A DNA stretch of 26,240 nucleotides. It comes from a virus. Its lineage: Duplodnaviria; Caudoviricetes. Shown one piece after another: positions 1 to 7,399 of this stretch. The stretch is taken from IMG/VR virus record IMGVR_UViG_3300032319_000216, positions 1-26,240 of that record; one strand, 5' to 3'. Below the pieces are notes generated by a model. The model was not told the origin of the DNA. It saw only the letters and a list, made by a program, of their open reading frames with translations, and ran no database searches. Made by a program: the position numbers and the translations under genes. Each line of letters begins with the position of its first letter. Position 1 is the first letter of the stretch.

Positions 1-126
1 ACCAGCAAGGAAGCCGACCGGCGTCTGGATGCGTGCCCGGGATACGAACCGCCGAAACGCGACTACGGGCGGAACTGCGTGCATTGCGGGTTTGATTGGT
101 GGGATCACCAACCGACGCCTAACTGA
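1..126 (+). CDS. Partial (5'-truncated) small protein with a Cys/His motif
   Basis: Frame 1 reads ...TSKEADRRLDACPGYEPPKRDYGRNCVHCGFDWWDHQPTPN* (C-x13-CxxC-x6-H). Same strand as the next gene. Confidence 0.5.
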   Translation, partial: TSKEADRRLDACPGYEPPKRDYGRNCVHCGFDWWDHQPTPN

Positions 127-154
127 GTAATCGCCAGAGCCTGCAAGGTCTGCA

Positions 155-487
155 ATGTATAAACGACTATCCAATAGGCGCAAAGCAACCCAAGCGCGAC
201 GGCTAGACGCTTTGCGGCGCGGGCGCGACAGAGCCAATGCCGCTAAAGCACCGCGAGAGTACCCGCTGGATTTGCCAGACTTGCGGCGCGAGCTAATCGT
301 CATTGACTACGATACCGGCCAACCGGTTACGCACACGCTGCATTTTTACAAATCTAGGCGCGTGGACGTTTATCGGCTGGAAGCAGACGGAAAGCCGCGG
401 AAGTGTTGCGGATGGTCGGCGGCGCTGGAGGGGCTGCGCAAGGCTTACCCGCGCGTGCCGTCGCCAAGGTCGGATTTTTGGCGGTGA
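155..487 (+). CDS. Hypothetical basic protein (110 aa)
   Basis: ATG-started ORF with protein-like composition; ends 10 nt from the convergent holin stop. Confidence 0.7.
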   Translation: MYKRLSNRRKATQARRLDALRRGRDRANAAKAPREYPLDLPDLRRELIVIDYDTGQPVTHTLHFYKSRRVDVYRLEADGKPRKCCGWSAALEGLRKAYPRVPSPRSDFWR

Positions 488-497
488 AAATGAACAA

Positions 498-905
498 TCA
501 GTTCCGGGCCACGCCTTGCAGTTTTTCGGCAGTGCGATATGCTCCCAGGCCCAACATGCCAAAAAGCAGGGGCATCATGGTTGCAACGTCCATTGGAGGC
601 AGGTCAACAGGTTTGCCGTACAAGCGCGACCCCCACGAAAGCAGTGGGCCAACAACAAATTGCGCCGCAAACGCGGCACCACACACCCAGCCGATGAACG
701 GGCGCCACCCGGATACGAACACACTTGCGCTTGCCGCCTCAACTTTGTTAATCTCAAGTTGACCGGCAATTTGTTGCAACTCGCCGGATTGCTGCAGTTT
801 CAACAACTCAAGTTTTGCCGCCGCCGTTTGCGCCGGGTCAGGCAATACTCGCTCAAGAACTATGCCGCCAAAATTAAGCAGCGCGCTTACAGGGTCAAAG
901 GCCAT
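498..905 (-). CDS. Holin, GTA 3TM-like family
   Basis: GWRPFIGWVCG motif, hydrophobic segments, and C-terminal LFGMLGLGAYRTAEK; directly downstream of the endolysin. Confidence 0.85.
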   Translation of the reverse strand: MAFDPVSALLNFGGIVLERVLPDPAQTAAAKLELLKLQQSGELQQIAGQLEINKVEAASASVFVSGWRPFIGWVCGAAFAAQFVVGPLLSWGSRLYGKPVDLPPMDVATMMPLLFGMLGLGAYRTAEKLQGVARN

Positions 906-908
906 TGT

Positions 909-1373
909 TCAATTCTCCAAAATGCCAGCAAACGTGCCGTGTTTGTTGATCGTGATGACGCGATTAACCGCTTTATCTATTAGCCGCGTCGAGGTATGAA
1001 CCCAAATGCCTCGCGGGCATTCGTAGATAAGTTGGCCAATGCCTAGGTCGGACACAAGCGGCGCGAGCACGACGGCAATTTGATACGGCGTGCCAAATGT
1101 CGGGGCGATCCAGTCTGCGGCCTGGGCGCGCATATGGTCGCTGTTAAGCTGGCCGCCCACCGCCGCGTTAAGCGCTAGGCAGCGAAACCCGCTGTCTAAA
1201 ATGATCGGCACGTCATGCCCCGCAATTGCGCTAAGCTCGGCGCGGATGCGCTCCAGCATTTCGAGCGTAATCAGTGCGTTGTCTTGCAACGCAGCGGGTA
1301 AAGTGTTGTGGATCCCAAGCTCGGCGGCTTTGTCGCTATGTTGAAACTCTGCAAGGGTGAAATGTGGCGTCAT
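909..1373 (-). CDS. Endolysin, peptidase M15A-like Zn peptidase
   Basis: HFTLAEF N-terminus, SGFRC..LN..VGG..NSDH...AAD and WVH motifs typical of M15 phage endolysins. Confidence 0.88.
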   Translation of the reverse strand: MTPHFTLAEFQHSDKAAELGIHNTLPAALQDNALITLEMLERIRAELSAIAGHDVPIILDSGFRCLALNAAVGGQLNSDHMRAQAADWIAPTFGTPYQIAVVLAPLVSDLGIGQLIYECPRGIWVHTSTRLIDKAVNRVITINKHGTFAGILEN

Positions 1374-1402
1374 GATATGCCCTTGGTGCGTGATGCGTGA
1401 TG

Positions 1403-2488
1403 CTACGCTCTTTCTTTGCGGCGCAAAAATGTAAGGTAGTTGGCAGCTTCTTCGAGGTCGTAAAATTGCTTAACCACTTCGCCAATGTTGCGATGATCCG
1501 GGCGAAGTAACAGCGCTACCGATGGGGCAATCTTGGCTTTTTGCACGCCTATTTGTTTGGCGTAATCGTCAAACCCCTTGTAACCAGAGACGCGGAATTG
1601 CCAATGAACAAACCCTTCCGGGCTGGGCGTTGCGGCCATGGCGTCAATATGCTTGTGCCCAGCTATAGTGATGTGGTCGCGTTTTCCAAACGCATGTTGG
1701 CGCTGGTGTGAGTGCGTTGGGTTGTATTGAGAATGCCCCGGAAAATCATGCCGAGCATGAATGCGCAGCATGTTGCCGTCTGGAAAGTTAAGGGCTAAGC
1801 GAACACCGTGTTCTTGCACAATTTGGCATCCGGCTTGTTTGGCAACAAAGTTAAGCCAATTCATGCCCTCATTCCAAAGGTCATGATTCCCGCCTACCAC
1901 GGCCAGCGGGCTTGCCAGCTTAAACATATGCTTGGCTAACCTAATGCCGTCGCTGGCTTTTGTGCTTTGGTGCGCGTAAAGCTTGCCAAGCCTGCCAACC
2001 CAATTGTTAGTAATGTCGCCCAGGTGCAGCGCGTGCATTCCCTTTGTGCGGCCAATCAGCTCCATGTCGCGCATAAGCTGTCCGATGTCGCACAAGTCAT
2101 CGTCAACGTGCGGGTCGCCAATTGCAACAACAACAACTGGGCCGCCGTGCTTTATGTCAATGTTGATAAGGTCTTGATACTGTTCCACTTTTTGCAAACG
2201 CTGATGCGTTTTCATCTTGCGAGCTATCAAGTCTTCAATTGGCTCGTCGGCGTCTGGTGCCGGGGCAATTTCTATTTCTTGTGCAATGTCGCGGCCAAGT
2301 TTCCCAGCAAGCGCAGCCTTGTTTTTGACGGATTCGACCGCTTGGCGGACTACGGTGTAATTGACGCCTAACTGTTGCGCTGCGCTTCTGAGTGACCCAT
2401 AAAGATTGACGGCTTCAAGCAATTCTTTTTGTCTATCAGTAGCAAAGTGCAAATATCGAGAGTCAACAGCGCCGATAGGTGCAACCAT
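1403..2488 (-). CDS. Calcineurin-like metallophosphoesterase with an N-terminal HTH-like segment
   Basis: Motifs GDPH, LGD, GNHD, RH and GHKH in the canonical order; N-terminal GSLRSAAQQLGVNYTVV resembles an HTH. Confidence 0.85.
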   Translation of the reverse strand: MVAPIGAVDSRYLHFATDRQKELLEAVNLYGSLRSAAQQLGVNYTVVRQAVESVKNKAALAGKLGRDIAQEIEIAPAPDADEPIEDLIARKMKTHQRLQKVEQYQDLINIDIKHGGPVVVVAIGDPHVDDDLCDIGQLMRDMELIGRTKGMHALHLGDITNNWVGRLGKLYAHQSTKASDGIRLAKHMFKLASPLAVVGGNHDLWNEGMNWLNFVAKQAGCQIVQEHGVRLALNFPDGNMLRIHARHDFPGHSQYNPTHSHQRQHAFGKRDHITIAGHKHIDAMAATPSPEGFVHWQFRVSGYKGFDDYAKQIGVQKAKIAPSVALLLRPDHRNIGEVVKQFYDLEEAANYLTFLRRKERA

Positions 2489-2497
2489 GCTCGTCTC

Positions 2498-2782
2498 CTA
2501 ATGTCGAGGTTTTAGCTCGCCGCAATAGTAGGGCAAAATTTGGATTGCTTTTGAACCGGTCATTTGTTCGCTACCGTCGCCATCTTCCCAATACAGAGTT
2601 TTTTGAGGAAAGCGCCAACACTCGCCCCACTCATCATTGCCGAGTTTTCCTTCACCTTCGTGAAAATGCTCGCAATTTCTGCAAGATTTTGTTCCCGCCT
2701 CAAGTGCATCAGACGTTTGCTTTGCCGTGGATTTTTTGCAACGCTTTGGCAATGGAGGCTCAATTGTTACTGGCTCACCCAT
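2498..2782 (-). CDS. Small Cys-rich hypothetical protein, possibly Zn-binding
   Basis: CRNCEHF...GECWRFP...YCGE pattern; fills the gap between neighbours with 3-9 nt spacers. Confidence 0.7.
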   Translation of the reverse strand: MGEPVTIEPPLPKRCKKSTAKQTSDALEAGTKSCRNCEHFHEGEGKLGNDEWGECWRFPQKTLYWEDGDGSEQMTGSKAIQILPYYCGELKPRH

Positions 2783-2785
2783 TGT

Positions 2786-3103
2786 CTATCCCCACTTCCA
2801 ATGCGCCTGCACAAAATGCCACAGCCCCGTGCCCAACGCACCCAACAAACTCAACACGATTACCGGCAAGCTTTTTTTGGTTAACTCGCGTATGAATTCA
2901 GCTCGGGCCATTTCGCGGTTGATCTGAGCGCGCACCCAAGCGTGCTCTTCGGCGCGAGCCTCAGCGCCTGGGTTATTGCGCCCGTCTTCCTCGCGCAGTT
3001 CGCGCAACGCGGTCAATAGCATTTCGCGCACGGTTTCGGCATCGGCGGCATCAGACCGGCGCCGTCGCTCAAGGCGCGGCAAAGGTGTGGTGTCGGTGCT
3101 CAT
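2786..3103 (-). CDS. Hypothetical membrane protein with one C-terminal TM helix (possible lysis accessory)
   Basis: Charged helical N-terminus followed by SLPVIVLSLLGALGTGLWHFV. Confidence 0.7.
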   Translation of the reverse strand: MSTDTTPLPRLERRRRSDAADAETVREMLLTALRELREEDGRNNPGAEARAEEHAWVRAQINREMARAEFIRELTKKSLPVIVLSLLGALGTGLWHFVQAHWKWG

Positions 3104-3195
3104 ATCTTATGTTAATTAACTCTCAATACAACCCAAGTATAACTAGGACTACCACCGGCGCGCTTTTGGGGTGCTCAAGGTACAGTCCACCTATA

Positions 3196-4683
3196 TTACG
3201 CTAACGTTATATTAGCAACGCGAGTCGTGCCATCAGTACCGCGCACACTAATACGCAAATTTGTATTTGAGGTCAGTGTAAACACCATGTCCTGATTGAC
3301 AGTCAAACTTGGAACGGAAGTGTTTACGTGCGTAACCACATCTCTTGCAGTTGTAATTGCTAAAGTCTTACTCCCAACAACGCGCCATTCATAGTTATTT
3401 GCATCAACCGTTTTTTGGGCATAACCGCCTCTACCGCGCGTATAACAGATAGTCAACACTTTGTCGGTGTTATCAATACCGTCGACACGTTCGGCGTTTG
3501 CTGTTGTCGACGCCATTGACCGCTCGTTGCGTTTTTCAATCGTTGACCATTGAGCACTATCGCTAAGACTCTTACCAGCCGCAAAATAATTACCAGTAGC
3601 GTAAAGCCATAATGTGCTTGACTGTACAGTCAAATTCACACCAAACTCATTGCCGTGCAGATTCACAATACCTGCGTTATACACAACCATGTCGTTGACA
3701 AGCGTACCGGCAACTTGGTTTCGGTTAAAAGCAAGATTTGTTTGCGCGGATGAATTAGCGCCGTTATTGCCCGAACCAATTGATAAAACATCCATCGATG
3801 TTTGGCCAGATTCTCCTTCAAAATAACATGCATTTACGTCCCAAAGGCTATCGCCGTTTGGTATTTTTATAGCAGGATATTGCGCCCCAAAGCTGCTGTT
3901 ATTTATTCGAGCACCAGAACCATTGCCCGACACCGGGTTTAATGGTGATGCGGCTCCGTAAAAAGTACCTGCAACACCAACGGATCGAGTATCAAACGTA
4001 CCGTTGTTAATGCAAGTCATTGACCCGCCATCAAGCAATACTGCAACGTCTGTAGTGTTGGTATAGTAATAAAACGAAGGCGAACTAAGAGTTGATTGAG
4101 CAGATTCCGACAATTTTATGCCGTATCCGTTCATGCTGTTTAGATGCAGTTGATCTAAAACACCATAATAACTATTGGACAAGTACAATCCTGATGCTTT
4201 GTTATTTCCCTCTACTCGCATTTGCGCAATGCGCCAATCAGAAGCACTTGACCAGGACAACATGGGGGCTTTAGTAGCAGAAGCATAATTTGCTTCCAAT
4301 TTGGTGTTGACGACTCCACGCCCTTCTATTGCTTCACCACTAGGAACAGTCATTCCTGCCGTGATATTATGATATCCGGGCAAAAAATATAGTTTGTTTT
4401 GAAATGTACCATAACCATTTGTTAATGCTGGAGCAGTCAACCCGGCTTGAATCTGCGTCTGGTTCGCTGTCCCGTCGCCGTTGGCATTAAAGTCAGCGCT
4501 CGAAAATACGTCGCTGTTTTTGGATTCCTGCGTTCGAGCTACCGCCGATGTTTGCCGCAAAATTGCCGTAATAAGCGCGGCGCCTTTGCCGATGGCCGAA
4601 CTGGCAAAATCATTAAAATTGTCGTCTAAATACGACAGTGGAACACTGCTGCTTTGATTTTTGAATATCCAAGACAATCCCAC
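3196..4683 (-). CDS. Tailspike / receptor-binding protein with a pectate-lyase-like beta-helix
   Basis: GTG start with AAAGGAG SD. AVARTQESKNSDVFSSADFNANGDG..QIQA resembles the beta-helix N-terminal cap. Body is Asn/Ser/Gly-rich; C-terminus ends LRISVRGTDGTTRVANITLA. Confidence 0.75.
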   Translation of the reverse strand: MGLSWIFKNQSSSVPLSYLDDNFNDFASSAIGKGAALITAILRQTSAVARTQESKNSDVFSSADFNANGDGTANQTQIQAGLTAPALTNGYGTFQNKLYFLPGYHNITAGMTVPSGEAIEGRGVVNTKLEANYASATKAPMLSWSSASDWRIAQMRVEGNNKASGLYLSNSYYGVLDQLHLNSMNGYGIKLSESAQSTLSSPSFYYYTNTTDVAVLLDGGSMTCINNGTFDTRSVGVAGTFYGAASPLNPVSGNGSGARINNSSFGAQYPAIKIPNGDSLWDVNACYFEGESGQTSMDVLSIGSGNNGANSSAQTNLAFNRNQVAGTLVNDMVVYNAGIVNLHGNEFGVNLTVQSSTLWLYATGNYFAAGKSLSDSAQWSTIEKRNERSMASTTANAERVDGIDNTDKVLTICYTRGRGGYAQKTVDANNYEWRVVGSKTLAITTARDVVTHVNTSVPSLTVNQDMVFTLTSNTNLRISVRGTDGTTRVANITLA

Positions 4684-4701
4684 AGCAACGCTCCTTTTGT
4701 C

Positions 4702-4914
4702 TTACTTAGTGTTGGATGGCTTAAGCGGCGCTACTGGGCCTCTGGTGCGCTTGTACATGCGCGTTGGGCCGTTAACCACATGCTCTTGAAAATGCACGGT
4801 TGGTGTATATACACCTTGCGTCATGCTTGTCGGCGTAATCCGGTCGTCATACCACTCGCTGCTTGATGGCGGCGGCTTGATGTTTGGGCCTTGAAACAAC
4901 GCTTTTTTGAACAT
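4702..4914 (-). CDS. Hypothetical protein (70 aa, MFKKALFQGP...)
   Basis: ATG at 4914 preceded by AAAGGAA; start moved from the track's 4965 to remove overlap with the upstream gene. Confidence 0.6.
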   Translation of the reverse strand: MFKKALFQGPNIKPPPSSSEWYDDRITPTSMTQGVYTPTVHFQEHVVNGPTRMYKRTRGPVAPLKPSNTK

Positions 4915-4930
4915 GTCTGTTTCCTTTGGG

Positions 4931-5299
4931 CTATGCCCATACGCGAACCGGATTGCTTGGTTCAATTGCGATAGCGGCTAATTCTGGCAATTCAACGGTG
5001 CTTCGCACATTGACATGCCAACCATCCACGCGCACCATTTCCTCAGTGTACCCGTTTTCGGCTGTTTTTTCTTGACTTTCAACCCCAAAAATTGTAGCAA
5101 CATCCACCAACCATTGCCAAGCTGCGCGCAACGTGGGAACAGCCGAGGGCTTTATCATCTTTCCAGTTGGCTTGTACTTGATGCCAATTTCATCTGCGTC
5201 AATCTTTGCGTCTTCGTACAAAGATTGCAGGTGGACAAGCCAGGCATCCCAATCGGGCTTGTTGTCTGTTACTACAAAATAGTCAAAGAACGTGGTCAT
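4931..5299 (-). CDS. Tail-fibre-associated hypothetical protein (122 aa)
   Basis: ATGA overlap with the upstream fibre gene. GWHVNVR and terminal PSNPVRVWA resemble small proteins found after phage fibres. Confidence 0.65.
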   Translation of the reverse strand: MTTFFDYFVVTDNKPDWDAWLVHLQSLYEDAKIDADEIGIKYKPTGKMIKPSAVPTLRAAWQWLVDVATIFGVESQEKTAENGYTEEMVRVDGWHVNVRSTVELPELAAIAIEPSNPVRVWA

Positions 5300-6576
5300 G
5301 TAGTGAGCGTTTTTATGTCCGCGCTGCTGAGGGCGGTGTTGTAATAGGAAAACGACTGAAACCAACCGTCAATGCCATTTGCCCCTGCGCCGTCTGTGCC
5401 AATGCTCAATTTGTTGATTCCCGTTGGCATAGATGCAATGCTCGCGGTGACGGCATCGTTGCCGTTTGCCGACACACTGCACACACCGGCTTGAGCAGCA
5501 AGAGCGGCTTTTAGGGTGCCAAGCGCCGCCATTGTTATGCCAGAAGATTGATTGAACACCAGTGCGCTTGTTACGCGAATGTTGCCGCGAACTTGTGTAC
5601 TAACGCTTTCTACGATTGCAAGCTCGTTGCTGGTGGCCCCGTTATTTATAGCCGCCCATCGCGGCGTATTTGCGGAATCTGGCAAACCATCCAAAATTCC
5701 CTGAACAAACATCGTGCCTTGTGTTGCGTTGTACCAACTAATTGGTGTAGAGGTGATGGTTTCAGACGCCCGCGTCACAGCCGTTGTGCTGGTCAAGATA
5801 GGGCTAGAAGCAAATGCTCCCTGTTCAAACTGCGGCAGCGCAATGCGCAAAGTAACGTCAATGGTTGTTGCCGCCGCGAATGTCAACAGTACATAACCGC
5901 ACGCGGACGTTGATACATCGATAAGCGTATTGCTTATTTGAAAGCGCTTCAGCGTTGAAGTAATAGAACTTTTTATGTCCGATGAAAAATACGACTCGAC
6001 AACTACACCCGCATCAAACCCCGCAAAAGCAATATAAGCCGCTGTAATGTTTGTAAAAGAACCAGCTTGCAAAGCCAGATAGACCGAGGAACACCATGTT
6101 TGCCCAGCAGTCGCGGTAATGAATGTGCTACTGTCAAATTGGATTGCTACGCCAGTTGTTGAGGTCGTTCCCGATAGCCGAAGGTCAACGTAGGCCATGC
6201 CGTTGACAGTGCCCGTAGCAACGATTTGTTGTGCAAGCGTGCCTTTGCCAGAGCCACCATAAATCCAGTTGGTCGGTAGTGTGCCCGGCGTTCCTGCGAC
6301 CGCGCCGACCATTGTGTTATTGCGAAGGCTGTTAGTTCGAGCGTTTTCTCGCCGCAACCCGCGCAAAACTAGCGTGGTGGGGTCGTAGTCAAAACGCGGC
6401 GTGTTGGCACTTGCTTTTTGCAATGTGCCGGTGCTGTCAAAATACCACGCATTGCTTGACCTGGCAAACGTAAAATCTGCCGATAACGTGCCGCCCAAAA
6501 AACTATACGACACCACGGGTTTTACCCCGGTTGACGTAGGGCTTCGATGCGCCAAACGTCGAGTGTTGCGTATCAC
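5296..6576 (-). CDS. Tail fibre / spike protein with lectin-like (ConA/LamG-like) domains
   Basis: FTFARSSNAWYFD..G.LQ.A..NTPRFDYDP....RGL..E.ARTN and PQFEQGAFASSPI.T..TAVTRA motifs typical of phage fibre/spike proteins. Likely GTG start at 6576. Confidence 0.7.
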   Translation of the reverse strand: MIRNTRRLAHRSPTSTGVKPVVSYSFLGGTLSADFTFARSSNAWYFDSTGTLQKASANTPRFDYDPTTLVLRGLRRENARTNSLRNNTMVGAVAGTPGTLPTNWIYGGSGKGTLAQQIVATGTVNGMAYVDLRLSGTTSTTGVAIQFDSSTFITATAGQTWCSSVYLALQAGSFTNITAAYIAFAGFDAGVVVESYFSSDIKSSITSTLKRFQISNTLIDVSTSACGYVLLTFAAATTIDVTLRIALPQFEQGAFASSPILTSTTAVTRASETITSTPISWYNATQGTMFVQGILDGLPDSANTPRWAAINNGATSNELAIVESVSTQVRGNIRVTSALVFNQSSGITMAALGTLKAALAAQAGVCSVSANGNDAVTASIASMPTGINKLSIGTDGAGANGIDGWFQSFSYYNTALSSADIKTLTT

Positions 6577-6577
6577 C

Positions 6578-6901
6578 CTACACCCCGTCGCCCGGAGTGA
6601 TGTAAACGGCTGCGCTGCTGCTTGATGTGCCGGTAAACCACAAATTAGCACCAAGCGTGAATGGCTGAGAAGTCCCTGGCAATAGCACTAGCGCTGGGCC
6701 GGTACTTGTGACGGTTGCCGAATTGCTTGTTGCTTGAGCAGAAGTCGCGCCATAACCCAAAAACACTATCGTTGTTCCGGCGTTGGTAATAAGGTATTGG
6801 CTTCCAGGCGAAGTCAACGGCACCTGCACCGGCGCAGGCGGGCTTGCTGCTGCCGTAAATGTGACGGTGTTACCGGACTGTTGAAAAGCCTGAATGCCCA
6901 C
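6578..6901 (-). CDS. Small beta-rich putative virion protein (107 aa)
   Basis: Thr/Ser/Gly-rich with strand-like pattern, ending VYITPGDGV; located in the tail module. Confidence 0.65.
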   Translation of the reverse strand: MGIQAFQQSGNTVTFTAAASPPAPVQVPLTSPGSQYLITNAGTTIVFLGYGATSAQATSNSATVTSTGPALVLLPGTSQPFTLGANLWFTGTSSSSAAVYITPGDGV

Positions 6902-6905
6902 GACA

Positions 6906-7148
6906 CTACTCTTTGTTAGGCATCAACACTTCACGCTCTTTTTTAAGCGCGACATCAATGCGAGTGACGGGCAGCCACACCAACAGGGCAAACGCCGATG
7001 CCGTGGCCAGCCTCAACAAGTCGGGTGCATACATGCTATACGCAAAGAGCGCAAACGTCAGCAAAAGGGTAAGCAACAGCGCCAGCCGAGCTGATAGAAC
7101 TTTGAGGCCCAGGCTGACGTACAACGTCACAATTTCAGTGCGATCCAT
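6906..7148 (-). CDS. Small membrane protein, about 2 TM helices
   Basis: GAGGA SD; hydrophobic LALLLTLLLTFALFAYSM and LATASAFALLVWLPV. Confidence 0.7.
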   Translation of the reverse strand: MDRTEIVTLYVSLGLKVLSARLALLLTLLLTFALFAYSMYAPDLLRLATASAFALLVWLPVTRIDVALKKEREVLMPNKE

Positions 7149-7150
7149 TG

Positions 7151-7399
7151 CTATTCCTCTTTGTCATCGTTGGTTGTGTAAAACCCGGTGCCGTACTCGT
7201 CATCTTTGAGTTTAGCTTTAATGGCCGCAAGTTTTATGACGCGATCAAGCACTTTCATCTTGTCTGTGAGCGTGAACACTTCTGCCGGTGCGCCATCGTC
7301 CCGTACTTTAATCTTGCCCGTCACTTCTTTGAGCATTTCACGCAAAGCCTTTTCGGCTTCGTCAATCAAAACCTCGGTTGTCTGCTGTTTTTTGCTCAT
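7151..7399 (-). CDS. Hypothetical helical protein (82 aa)
   Basis: ATGA overlap with the upstream gene; charged, helical, acidic tail. Confidence 0.7.
   Translation of the reverse strand: MSKKQQTTEVLIDEAEKALREMLKEVTGKIKVRDDGAPAEVFTLTDKMKVLDRVIKLAAIKAKLKDDEYGTGFYTTNDDKEE

Noticed and set aside
117-160. GCCTAAC at a gene end, resembling an integron attC inverse core (RYYYAAC)
   Set aside because: No matching GTTRRRY arm or attC-like palindrome downstream, and no integrase in the window.
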